Shown piece after piece: positions 14,521 to 27,327 of a DNA stretch of 64,000 nucleotides (positions are counted from its first letter, which is position 1; each line of letters begins with the position of its first letter). Made by a program: the position numbers and the translations under genes. A model generated the notes under the pieces. The model was not told the origin of the DNA and ran no database searches. It was given only the letters and a program-made list of their open reading frames with translations. The DNA comes from Chrysomallon squamiferum. Its lineage: Eukaryota > Animalia > Mollusca. Location: NCBI GenBank assembly GCA_012295275.1, contig CM022670.1, positions 23,932,001 to 23,996,000 on the forward strand. Direction: 5' to 3'.

Positions 14521-15266
14521 GACTGATTCAAGAAGAATTTCCCCGTTCGAAAATGCGTTGCCTAATGGAATGTGTTGTCTCCCTTTTAGCAAGCGATCGT
14601 AAAAAAAAATATAGGGTTTGCTGGACGTCGGACATTCTGAGAACAAACAAGATGGACAAAAACAGTGTGAAAACAAAATGATCTGTAAGCGCGAGAAATA
14701 AATGTAAAGAAAAGAGGAAACGAAAGAAAGGAGATCATTTATGACAGTATATTCCACTGACAGTCTTACAACACATGCAGTCAGTCACTCGATGTACCTC
14801 TTTATATTACAATAATCAATGCAAAGATGTTTAAGGTATCTTCAGAACGCCATAATGATCTTACGTATGTTTCATAGGTATTGTCAGGGTTTTATTTTAT
14901 ATTTTATTTTATTTTATTTTTTTTATAAATTGTTATATTGTGATAATGCATAACAAACGAAAATATTGTATTGTTTAATTATCATAAATCCAACAAATTA
15001 TTTTTAACTTTGCTTTATTTATTATGTAAAAATGGAGAATAAGATGAGATCGTATTTTTCATTAATAAACATCAGATTATTTAAATCGTTTAGTTTGTTT
15101 TTATTTCATTATATTTCTGTATGTATGAGTGTTTGAGTGAATGTATATATTTCTTCTTTTCTCTTTTTCTTTTTTAAATTTTGCTTCACTTTTTAACAAA
15201 ATTAACAAAAACATTTTTAAATAGTGTTCAGGATAGCTTAAAGAGTAACAACAACAACAATAACAA

Positions 15267-15297
<31 letters not shown>

Positions 15298-15551
15298 ACA
15301 ACTGTATCTTTTCATCAGGCAATTTTTCTTTCTCTATGAATTATGTTGACTAAATATAAAAGACCTCTGGTTGAAACGATAAAAATACGTATTCTCCTCC
15401 CGCTGTGTTCGTGATATTTCGTTACTTTCCGTCAAGTAAACACTTGAATACCTTTTTTCTTCCAGATGATTTAACACATTAAGTTTTTATGACAACAACA
15501 ATAAGTTTACGATAAAGACAAAAATAGAAAAAAGAAAACAGATGAGTTTGT

Positions 15552-15553
<2 letters not shown>

Positions 15554-15635
<82 letters not shown>
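15554..15635. repeat. (GA)n microsatellite
   Basis: Directly visible. Confidence 0.95.
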
Positions 15636-15639
<4 letters not shown>

Positions 15640-15959
15640 CAGAAAGAAATACCAAATTTAATTCTTCATAAATACTAATTTTATCAATAAACTTTATATA
15701 TTATCCATTGATATCTCTCTCTCTCAACCTCTCTGCAGTTTTTTTCTTTTTGGTTTGCTCTTCTCTCCCTCTTTCTAATCCACCATCTACATCTAAACAA
15801 ATAAAAATGATGATAATGAAATGCATAATAATACTCAAATTTGTTCCGCCATTTAATTATCTACTGTTTATGAAATAATGTATATCCCTAGTAATAATAA
15901 ATCTTGTTTTTACAAGTACTTTATAACACCGGGTTATTTGAAAGATTTTAAACAGACGA

Positions 15960-16640
15960 TCCTTTCTTATCGATTGCATGTCTTTGTCTTTTGTGAAATG
16001 ATCAATAGAATCAGACTTGGTAATATATTCTTACGTTCTCGTTTGCAACAAAAACATATTCTATATAATTTGTTTACAGCAACTGTTGCAAACTTCTTCC
16101 TGTGGACTTCCAAATAAACTGGGGGCCCAAGTTTTGATGTCATATCTTTCAGGTTTACTTGGAATGAACCTTCTTCAGCAATCGTCACCTAATGAGTGAG
16201 CCGGAGTAGAAACGCGTTGGGTAAAAGCAGTTTGCTCGAATCTGTTGCATGTAATCTAATCATAAATTAATTTTTGACCACATTTTTTAACGCTCCAGAA
16301 TTCTCGAACATTCATATTCGTGCCTTTGAGAATGCCAATTAAAATTACCAAAGCAAGACATTTCTTTCGGTCAGATTCAGTAATTGGCTTTAGATTTGTC
16401 CTCTGGTTCTGAAAATGGTCATTTGTGCACTCCAGAATTCTGTGCATCATTGAATTTTTGGAAAGCTGATGACGCTCTACCGGTCTGCTGTAAACACGTC
16501 ATTAGTGTGACTCCAGATCGTTGCTTGAATGTGTTTTCAGCACTCAGCACGATTCTTCTAAACGAGACGGTATCCCATTGTATCCCCATTTTTATCTTAA
16601 AACGTCGTTTCATCAAATGGATTTGGGTTTGCATCATCAC
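15960..16640 (-). mobile_element. Decayed, internally deleted piggyBac-like transposase remnant
   Basis: Minus-strand fragments GIQW..AENTFKQRSGVT..SAFQKF, MMHRILECTN..ITESDRKKCLALVILIGILKGTNMNVREFWS..GQKLIYD*ITCNRFEQ resemble the PGBD N-terminal region. They are followed directly by a Cys-rich RICFCCKRERK..KTKTCNR segment. Stops and frameshifts are present; termini were not resolved. Confidence 0.7.
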
Positions 16641-17116
16641 CGCTGGTAAACTCTCTTTGTTAATTATTGTCGTTGTTACTGATTTCCTTTCACAACTAAA
16701 ACTGATGTAACTGCTATTACTATTACTATTTTTTTTTATTACATTTGTATTGCTTTTTTATTACATGTATTATAGTTAAGCTTGGATAGCTCCAGATTTT
16801 TTGTCATTTGAGATTTGGTCTGGTCGCGACTTCAGTTACTAATAATTAGTAATAATGACCTTCGAATAATACAAGTTATATGATAAAATCTTTATTTATA
16901 ATAGTTGTAAACCTCTATTTACTGGAAGTTGTTCACGGTCACAGACTACTGATTTAATTGAAATTATACTTCGAAAAGACAAAGTGCTGAAATGGTGAAG
17001 CTATTGATTCCCTTGGTAAATACAGAATAATGGGTCGTTGATTAACCGGAACGAAATATGACCGCCTGCATTGTCTGTTTATTTTGTGTTGTTTTTTGTT
17101 TTTTCATAAATGGTAT

Positions 17117-17153
<37 letters not shown>

Positions 17154-17156
17154 GTT

Positions 17157-17192
<36 letters not shown>

Positions 17193-19632
17193 TTATTGTG
17201 TCTTTATGTAATACATAACTGCGAGACAGACTTCAAAAGAACTTTTGTTAACGATTTCTTTAAGATTTCTTTAAGAACACAGCCAGTTTCATAAATAACT
17301 TTTATTGATAATGTTATTTTGAATTGGTGATTTTATTTGATAATCATCATACTTATAAGTATTCTTGTTTTAATAACTAATTTAGTTATAGTGCTTTTTT
17401 GTACAATATTTGCGACTTAAAACAGTTTTGTCGTATATGTGCAAAATTTTTAATAATTGTTCAGTACATCTATTAATACTTCAGTACGGATTGATTACGT
17501 TCCGCAAAGTTTATCAATCCGAAAATGCATAAACGTGATAATTATTATCGGTTGTGGGTTTCAATTTGTTTTCGCTAATGTATGTACATGCATGTATAGT
17601 CTGTTGTTGTTGTTTTTTGCCTTGTTACATATCAGTAAACGTATTTTCTTATACATATATGTGTATGAGCACATTTATGTCCAAATCATATTTGATTTAT
17701 TTTGTTATTTACTTAGATTACCGTCGGGTCCGCAGTAAACATTTCTCCAGTAGTTTTTGCTGACCTCTTCCGTTTCGACTTAAAAGTTGACCGTGTTTAT
17801 ATCGTCTACCCGGTAAGTAAGTAAATAAATAAATAATATAAATAGACGTTCTTCTAGGTTTTAAATATAAACACATACTGTGTGTGAATGTACAAACCTG
17901 TACCTTTACAATATCATGGCTCATTAAAGAATGAAATATTCATTTTTATCACCATATTATTGTACGGTTACCGTATGAAAAATCATTATTTATTTACTAG
18001 TATCCAGATGTACATAAACAGTTTCGTTATTTTTATTTTTCACTTCCTTATAGTTTTGCCTTGAGGCCTGACCTTGAAGTAAGGAAGACTTGCTGTTTTG
18101 CTGGAAAAGAAAAGTATCAGTGACCTTTGATTAAATGTATTCTTTTGTTAATTTAATGTAACTTTTTCAGGCAACCGATAATTATCAACTTTCTGATTAT
18201 TTTTGTCGTTTATAAAGTTATATAACCATAGTTTAATAAGATATAACACGTGTTTTTTTTTGTTGTTTTTTTACATTTTCCGCGAATTACTATGAACTTC
18301 ACTGCATGAGTACATCGAAATAAACTGGAAAACAACATAAGCAAAAATAGACAATTTGTTTATAAATTAGGTATTTTTGGAAGCGTTATTCTACGTTAAC
18401 ATTAAATAAATAAATACATTTCCACTGAATGCTTCGTGAACATGGAATTCTTTAAATGCTTATGGCCGACTGCTTGCGCCTGTAGTAGGCATATGGCGTT
18501 TTATTATATATACAAGATTTATTCATACGTTTATTTGTAGAGATAAACCCAAAGGAATTTTCCTTCAAATGTTATTACCTTTACTATGATAATGAACAGA
18601 ATAGGCTAAACTAACCCTTCTGTAGTTAGTAATTTTCTCGTAAAACCAATGATTATCCTCAATGGCCTTTATTTACTTACATTAGATATATAGTTATTAA
18701 ATTATGCAATATCTTCATCGGTTATTTTAAAAAGTAATTTAAAAAGAAAAAACAAGAAATAAAAATATAACTGAAAAACAAAGAAAAATCATATATCTAT
18801 ATATATATATACTGAAGCTAAATATTTTAATATTTATATATATCTATTTTTATTAGTTAAATAGAACTTTTGAATACAAATACACAACAAAAAACAACAA
18901 CAACAAAAAGTATATATTTTGATATCGTGCTTACTTTTTGAGATACGACATTCTGAATACTGACAAAATGTGACAACATCAGCAAACGTCAGCCATTTTC
19001 GGCAGCTCATAACACACATTAACTTGATTAATTAACAAAAGACTGTGACCATATATATTGAGATATATATATATATTGTTTTAATAACCACAAGAAACAC
19101 CTCCCAAATATTCAAGGCGGAGTGTGCCGAATAAAAAAAACAAATTAAAAAAAAAAAAAAACAAGATGACAAATCATAAAAATTTAAAAAAAAAAAAAAT
19201 ATTTGAAATGACAAATGTGTAAAAAATATGACTAATAATAACAACACCATTTTTGCCAGTGTCTCATTCCATGTTTGATGATCAGTGGTGCCTGGGATTT
19301 AAAAGCCTGAAAGTACTGCACCTAGAGAGCACCTGTAATTTTGTTTTGGACAATGACCATTGTATTCTGCTTGATTATACAGTCCTCCAAGTGTGAGTCA
19401 CCAGTTACCATCAGATAATTCAACTGAAAACAAGTATTAAAATTCCAACACCAATGTTTACACCTATATGCATTTGCTTTTAAAATTGTTATCTAGTTTT
19501 AATGAATGATCATAATTATTTTTGTATTTTACTTAATATTCTTTTGTCAGTGTGTCAGATATGATATAATAATAATATTTTTTTTTTTTTTAAATTATCA
19601 TATCAGTTGTATGAACATACAACACACAGATA

Positions 19633-20755
19633 GAGTGGTACCTGTCTTGTACGGACACCCCTTAGGGCCGAGCAAAAGTGCTTACTACATTGTAGGGGTC
19701 CTTTCATAATAGGAACAAAAATCATAGACAATTTTTTTTTTTTTAACATATTTATAATCTTTACTCACATCCATCACACCAGTCCCCACAACAAACATAA
19801 ATCATCGTGGCCGGGCATTGCCATAGCAAGCATCGAGGCTTTTCTCATAAAACACAATTGCAAACGTTGCACGTCATAAAATTCATAATAAGCTTAAAGT
19901 ATATATTTGTTTGAAACTCAAATAGAGCTCCGATTTGTATTGTCGAAAAACTCCAGTAAGACGCGGTGTTTATAAAGTATAAATATGCATGGAATGTTGT
20001 TGAATGTTTGAATTATCAAAATTATATGCCATATGATTTGAACTCGCACGGTTTGTCGGGCAATTGCAGTTCGCGGGCTCTTTGTGATTCAACAAAAACA
20101 ACACTACCTGCAAGCACTATACAATGCAGGAAAGAGGCGACGCCCAGAGGCGTATCCATGTTTTAAAGTTGAGGCGAGCGAGAGCATTGAAAAAGGCACA
20201 TGACACGTACAGAATATCTTTTAAACTCATTGGACCTTCTTATTTTATATTTAAAACCAAATACAGTAAAAAAAAAAAAAAAAAAAAATTAAGATAATAA
20301 TAAAGAAGAATAAGAATAAAAACATAATAATACATTTGTATTTTTTTATTTATTTTAATTTTAAATTGTGAAAGGAAAACAAAAGGAAGCAGCATGTAAA
20401 ATATATGAGTCTGTTTTGTCTAAGCCTGATTCCAGCAATATATATTACTTTATTATAATCTACAAAGGTAGCTGACTGTTATTCATTTGCAGAGCAAAGA
20501 TATCGTATAAAGCTGCCGAAGAATATTATTATTTATTTTGGAGAAAACACATCCAGATTGGCATGACTATCCGCTTTGGCAGTGGAATAATAATAAAAAA
20601 TACTGCCCGCGTCCGCGATGAGCAGGTGTCCGCTGGTCTACGGGACATATCTACTGAAAAACAGTCGTGACACCTAAAAATGCCCGTATAATGTAGGTGT
20701 CCGTACATCGTAGGTGTCCGCTCATCTCGGGGGCCGCTAAAGTCAGGTATCACAG
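19633..20755. mobile_element. Non-autonomous Tigger/pogo-like (Tc1/mariner superfamily) DNA transposon
   Basis: Degenerate TIRs: left TA|gagtggtacctgtctt..acggacaccc; right, reverse-complemented, TA|ctgtgatacctgacttt..gcggacacc..acggacacc. It has TA flanks and repeated subterminal GTGTCCG motifs. Confidence 0.6.
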
Positions 20756-22169
20756 TATATGATCCACATTCTGGAAGTTTGGATCTTGCTTAACATTTTA
20801 CAGTTTCCAAATTTCTTCACAGCTTTTTCCTTAATATTCATCCAGCAGAGCTGTAGCTAATTGTGTCTCAAAATTGTATTTATAGCAGTGACTTCTTAAA
20901 ATTCAGTTTTTATGATAATTTTTCAAGAGATGTAACTACTAAGTCACTTTAGTAAGATAAAAATGTATCACATTTATAATGTTTATAAAACCTTCAATAT
21001 TTGGATGGATATTTTTTATTATAAGCCTATCGCAATAAATAGTACCAACATTTACCTTCCCTTAAAAAGGCATCATAAAGCTAAAAATATAATTCGATTT
21101 CGTGGTCACAGATAGAAATACCACCTTAAAGTAATATGATAAATAATGGTTATTGAAGTGCAGTGAAGTTTCTCCCTACCACTTCTTGTTTTAAGTATGT
21201 TACAATGGTAAACAGATACAAAGTGTATGGCTGCTTTAAAAGGTGCTAGAACTCCAAGAATTTCGAAAATATTCGCCAATATAGCAATCATGGAAGCCTT
21301 TGGTTAAATGTACAATTTAAAATAATGATCGTTTCCCAAACTGTCATAAACCTTTTTGTTTCTGTTTGTATAATAAAAATAAAATTAAAAAAATAAAATT
21401 AAAAAAATAAAATTAAAAAAATCTTTAAAATGGCACTTATCTACTAATTAATTGGTGTTTTTTTTAAGTATTTTGTTTGTTTGTTATGGTGTTTCTTTTG
21501 ACATGGTGAAATCTTTTTTTGTTCAAGATGGCTGTTGAATGTGTGGAGTTCTGACCAATATGATTTTGTACACACAGACAACATATTAAAGTAACACTCC
21601 GAAATAAAACTAATGATACAATGGGAATAAAACTTTAGTACTAGTAATACTAACTGTGTTATTTTTGTGAACTAATCTATTATTTAAGAATTTATAATGA
21701 CTATACAGTTAGCTGTTGACATTTCTTACAGTTTATCCAAATAACGTTGAACTTAAAATAATTACAGTTATTATGTATAATTAATTTAAGGCTGATAATT
21801 AAATAAAACAACAAACTGTAACAAAGTGCCTACTAATAAGATCAAGATCTAAACCATAACAATATTAACAAATGACATGAAATCATAAAATTTAATTCTA
21901 TTTCCAGTGACTGAATTTTTTCTGTTTACTTCTAACCATCTTGAAAATGACTGTTTAAACATAACATTACGTTCAATGCAGTCATCGTTAGTCTAAATTG
22001 TAGAATAATAATAATAATACAATTTTGCTTCCAAATAAGATTTTTAAATTATAAGTTAAGGAAAAACAGAAAACCCGAACATATTAAAAGCAATACTAAT
22101 AAATAAAACATCTCTCTCCTGCACAAAAAGAACTGCGTTAATATCAGCAACTTCTTTGTTTACCTTTAA

Positions 22170-23115
22170 CCTCGAGGGATCCCATCTTCAACTATTGGAA
22201 GTCCTTCGCAAACACCTCGAAGAGCCAGGAGAAGAGGAAGTAAAGTTATTATCAACATAATGCACTAGAATGCTGAGGGAGTTTCAAACAAGAAACCAGA
22301 GCTTCAGCACTTTATGCAAGTTACTGTGGTTACAACAAGACTGATAGAAGATGAAAGAAGTTAGAAGTATATGACTCTTATTTGAATGAAAAACGTAAAA
22401 CTGCACACAATGAACTGACCCCGAGTAAGGGGAGAAGTAGAGTCTAATCCAAGCCAAAACAACAACCTAAACATTCAGCATCCTAAAGTCATATAGCCGA
22501 GAACCAAGTTTAGATCCAAGCAAAAAAACTGGCGAGACAAAACTTCTGCACTGAACCTTGAAAAGGATTGAACCAAATTATGGAAACTTACAAAAAACTA
22601 AATGAGGAAAAATCCCATGGACAGAAGATCACTCTAATGGAGGATGGAAATGTACTCACTGATAAGAAGTCTGCTAACCTTTTAGCAAACACCTCTGCCA
22701 AGCACAGTGACATTACCATCACAACAACTTTTTTTATTTTTATCTTTATTAACCATCACAACAACTCAGATGAAAAACGTACAAAAGAAACAAAAAGAAA
22801 CGGTTTCGAACACTGCACAAACCATGCTGGAGAGGTTGAGGCTCTCATTCACGCTGCCAAAATCATCAGCACCAGAGAGAACTGCACACATTTCATCTTC
22901 TTCACAGACGCTCTCTCTGACTTCCAGGCTCTTGAAAACAAGTTAGAAACATTCAGAAGCCTACATCCTATCATAGTATCAAGCAAGTATTACAATGGAT
23001 CCCAGCATGACTCTAAATGAGAATACAGACAGACTGACAGAACTAGGTGCAGGTACTGAACAAGAGGATAACTGGGTGACATACGAAGAGATGAAATCAA
23101 TTATTAAATCTCTTT
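22170..23115 (+). mobile_element. Degenerate RNase H-containing non-LTR retrotransposon remnant (I/Nimb-like) lacking RT
   Basis: INIMH*NAEGVSNKKPELQHF at 22251 resembles an endonuclease start. Linker fragments WRDKTSALNLEK and KLWKLTK follow. The RNase H part reads HCTNHAGEVEALIHAA..FFTDALS..QWIPA..NENTDRLTELGA. Confidence 0.7.
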
Positions 23116-25885
23116 ATGATAACAGGAAATTATGTTCTGCTTCTGTTTTTTGACGAGCTAGTATTAATCACTATCCGTTATGTTATAGATCGACCGGATA
23201 TTTATATACATGCATTTAAAGCGCACGAAGCTGATGATATTTCAAAACAGTTTTTATTTTCAAGAAATCTGAAAATGAATGGTTTAGAAACCATTTTTAT
23301 AATATCCATTTCTATAAACAAGTCAGTCAACAATATTTAATTTGGATTACGATTTAAAATTAGAGAAAGAGATATTTTTGGAATTTACGTTTGAATTTAT
23401 GAAGAAGAAGAATCTACCGGTCACTCAGACAGACAACATTCTTCACCTTGACTATTTAGAGCTCCAAGGTACTGATAATTAGAACATTTAATCATGTTAT
23501 GTTTTTGTTTGTTTGTTCTTTTTTCCCCCTTGTTTTTCAGGGTTTTTTTAATTTTATAATTTATTTATTTATTTATTTTTGGTTGTTGTATTATTAAATG
23601 TAAATGACTTTGTTTTGTCATCTTTACGATTTTATAAATAAATTTTGCATATCTTCATCCGATCTATAGCTGCTTTGATTTCTGTTTTGTGGAAAATAAA
23701 TGTGCAGATACAAAGAATTAAAGATCATATGTGAATATGTACTTTTTAAAACGCATTCCCCCCATATTCTTTATTTAATATACCTCCAGTACTAATCATG
23801 GTAGGGAAATAATTTAAAGTTTTAAAGAGTTTTGAAAATCTAAATTAGTAATAAGAATATCTTGAAAAATTAGTATTTGAATTTAATGTTGAATCTCCAA
23901 TCCAGTATTTTTCAGATTTGCTTTGTTTCAGTTTCAAGCATCACATAGTGATACTAACACAGAATAATTAAACACCAGACACACGTATACGGTGCGAAAG
24001 TTTGTAATGTATTTACTAACATTCGAGTCATTTCGTTTGAATTTCTAGAATGTGTGGTACCATAAACACCGACTGCCGTACAGTCTACATCGCTAGCAGT
24101 ATTTAATACTCGCACAAACATGCTAAGTGTGCCACTGGTAGCAAAATAATAGTCAGACTCCCTTTAATTAACCCAGATGCAATTTTAATCAATTGTGGAG
24201 ACGACAGTGTTTACCGGAACAAAGATTCCGCCACGTTTGTTATGTCAAGCAATCGAAAGTGACATTCAATTCTTTAACCGCAAACTGAACCAGTTTAATG
24301 ACGATGTCAGACTTTCGAAAAATGTAACATTATACACCCTAACACACTGGAACACTACTTTGTATTATCCAAAATGTACGATGGCGACAAAGATGATGTT
24401 TATTTTACGCCTTATAGTTGCTTTAAAATAAAATGTTAGATCTTCACCTTTCTGCTCGTTGGTCACGGCTATTTTGGTTTCTACTTATGTCATTTTTCAT
24501 ATTCTGAAGACACTCGGAAATAGAATAGGAATATTACATCCATATAGCTGTTTGCAGACGTGAATTAAACAAAACGAAAACATTTTAAACATATGTATTT
24601 ATTGTTGTTATTATTATTTAAAAGTTTTACACCTCCATTGCTAGGTATGCGACTGTGAAAGCCTGAATAAGCGTGTTCGTGGATACAGAGGCTTTTAAAA
24701 CGTTTGATAGAGTGCCATTTTTCTTCCTCTCTTTGTGTGTTTGTATGCTATGATGTTTTAATAATTATGATATTATGATGTTTTAATAATTGTTTCCCAT
24801 AATTGTTTTCCAAAAAATGGGTATATAGGTAAGCTTTAGGCGGGATTAAAATATATTCAACGTGTTATTCATGTAATAGTTTCTAAATGCATTTAGTATT
24901 TGCCATTCCAAGGTTAATTAATTAATTAATTATTGTTTTAGTAGTTTTTAAGACCAATCTTTGCTTATAATAAAGCATGGCAACAGACTAGAGTTATTGT
25001 CTGGACGAGTAGGATGAACCTGGCACCTGTATTAGAATATAAAGAGATTACCACTATCGATACTACCATTCTCTGGTGGTCTTGTAATTAATTACCTGAA
25101 CAATACTGTTAAACAACAAAGTCAATTCCGCAAAGAATATATTTATTTGATTATTTTTTAAATTAATCTAAACATATCTAGTTCCCCCCCCCCATTCCTA
25201 ATGATGAAACACTTAGTAGGTCAACATAAACCACGCGAAACGTAATTGCATCATGCAAGGATATACTATATCGAACAAAACGTTATCTTTTCTTTTTATA
25301 ATATCTGAAATGCTGTTTTACATCTTGATAGTTTAATCATTCATATCCAGTTTGAAAAGGTATGTTTTGTAGTTTTTTCCGTTGTAATGGCAATAATGCC
25401 AATATACATGTGGCGATAAGCTTTAATGTTCAGATCATAAACGTCACTAATGTAAATATATATTCTACAATGTGATTTTAGAATAAACTTTGTTTGTGTT
25501 TTGAAAAAGCGAAAAAGTATCCACATTTCATTAAATATTATTTTAGATATATGGGCAAATAAATTAAATGTATAATACAACAAAATTTGTATTATCGTTT
25601 AGTACCGTAGTCTCGATAATTTAGAAAGTAAATCAGGACTGTAACACTGGTTATCGTATGGTATGTTATCGTCAATAAACTGCAGGGTTTCAGTTCAATA
25701 AATGATGGATAGGGGAATTTGAGGAATAAAAATAAATAAAATCGTGACGATTAATTGTAATTTGGTGGAGAATTATAATTTAACCATTAAGAAATAAAAT
25801 CAACAACTTAGTTCACAGAGTACGGGTACTTTAATACAGCTGTACTCAACAGTACTGAACTTTTTATTTTATTTTAAAATACACG

Positions 25886-25886
<1 letters not shown>

Positions 25887-25920
<34 letters not shown>
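25887..25920. repeat. (TG)n microsatellite
   Basis: Directly visible. Confidence 0.95.
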
Positions 25921-25923
<3 letters not shown>

Positions 25924-27245
25924 ATAAACTTTCTTCTGTTTTTGTTACGAGTAACAGGCTCTTGCTGAGTGCCATATGTAGATGGGTAACCATTACTACT
26001 ATTTTTAGGGCAACAGTGATCCTATTAGGCCATTTGCTGTGCTGCGTGCGTACGCATATTGAAACTAATGATTGTTTTAATGTTAACTTTGTCATAGTTT
26101 GTGGATTTTAGCATGCTATGTCTGTGGTGAATTCGAAATTGAGATGCTTATTCACAAAAAAAAAAACAATAATAATAAAGTTTTAAAAAGTCACAAGGTA
26201 ATTATCAATCTAAAACTTGCTGATGCCCATTATTTTTAGTCCAGTTTAAAGGCAGTTTGAATGTAGAACTGAAGAGGTGAGATTGTCAGTTCCTTCTGTT
26301 ACCAAAAAGAAGAGACAGTGAAATTAATTTCTAAAATCAGTCATAACCTTTTTTCCAATTCTCATAAACGAAATAACTTTACATCATACACACCTAGTGT
26401 ATACTTAAATGTCAAATAAAAATTCAATTTTATCTGGGATGGAGATTGCTATATTGTTTTTATATCTTTTCAGATTCATGCATGGCAATAAAAGTTTATG
26501 AAAGCAGTTGTTTTATGTGACATATATTTAGATTATAATACTACTTAGAGCTGTCTAAGTACAAAGTACATAAGTTTAGTGGATGTTACAATTATTCATG
26601 TCAGTATTTTCTTTTAACTTCAAACTTTAAAAATATGGGTTCTCAGTTTCTCATATATTGCTACAAAATTTCTTTCTTATATGATACTAAAAGATGATTG
26701 AAAATACTTTATCCTTAACAGACAGTTCAGTTTTATAATAAAGCTTTCAGGGTAAACAAAGGATACTTTAAAGGAAATATTCAGTCTACATGCGAAAAGT
26801 ATAGTTTAGAATTAAGATTAATTAAGACTGCTATCAAATGTATATCAAAACTTTTCATTAGTAATATTTTCTTATTGTACTAATGTGCCAAATGCTAATG
26901 TTTGGTGGAAATTCAAAGGTATAGGCCTATTGTCTGAAAATACAATTGGTTGATCATACATGCAAACTGCTTAATTTTAGATGGATATGTAGGATTATAA
27001 AAGTTGTTGAAAATGTAATTTGCAAGAGATATGAAATGTAATTTTTTTACTCATCTTATTTCATTTCTAGGTTTTTGTGTTATCTATGTGTGTTTATATT
27101 GGAGTTAGTTTGTGTGAAAGTTCATACTAGTATTTTTACTCTTTAAGAAATACATTTTCCTTTATTTAAAATGTAATGTATATTCATTTTCTGTCATACA
27201 CTATCATCTAAAGGATAGATATATGTAAAAACTCTGATGTGTGTG

Positions 27246-27277
<32 letters not shown>

Positions 27278-27327
27278 TATATAAACACATAACACACATA
27301 TAGGTATATGTTATTTTCTTTTAACAG

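Noticed and set aside
19400-19425. In-frame TGA (VELSDGNW*LTLGG) as a possible selenocysteine
   Set aside because: No selenoprotein motif or SECIS element is recognisable, and the frame closes soon after.
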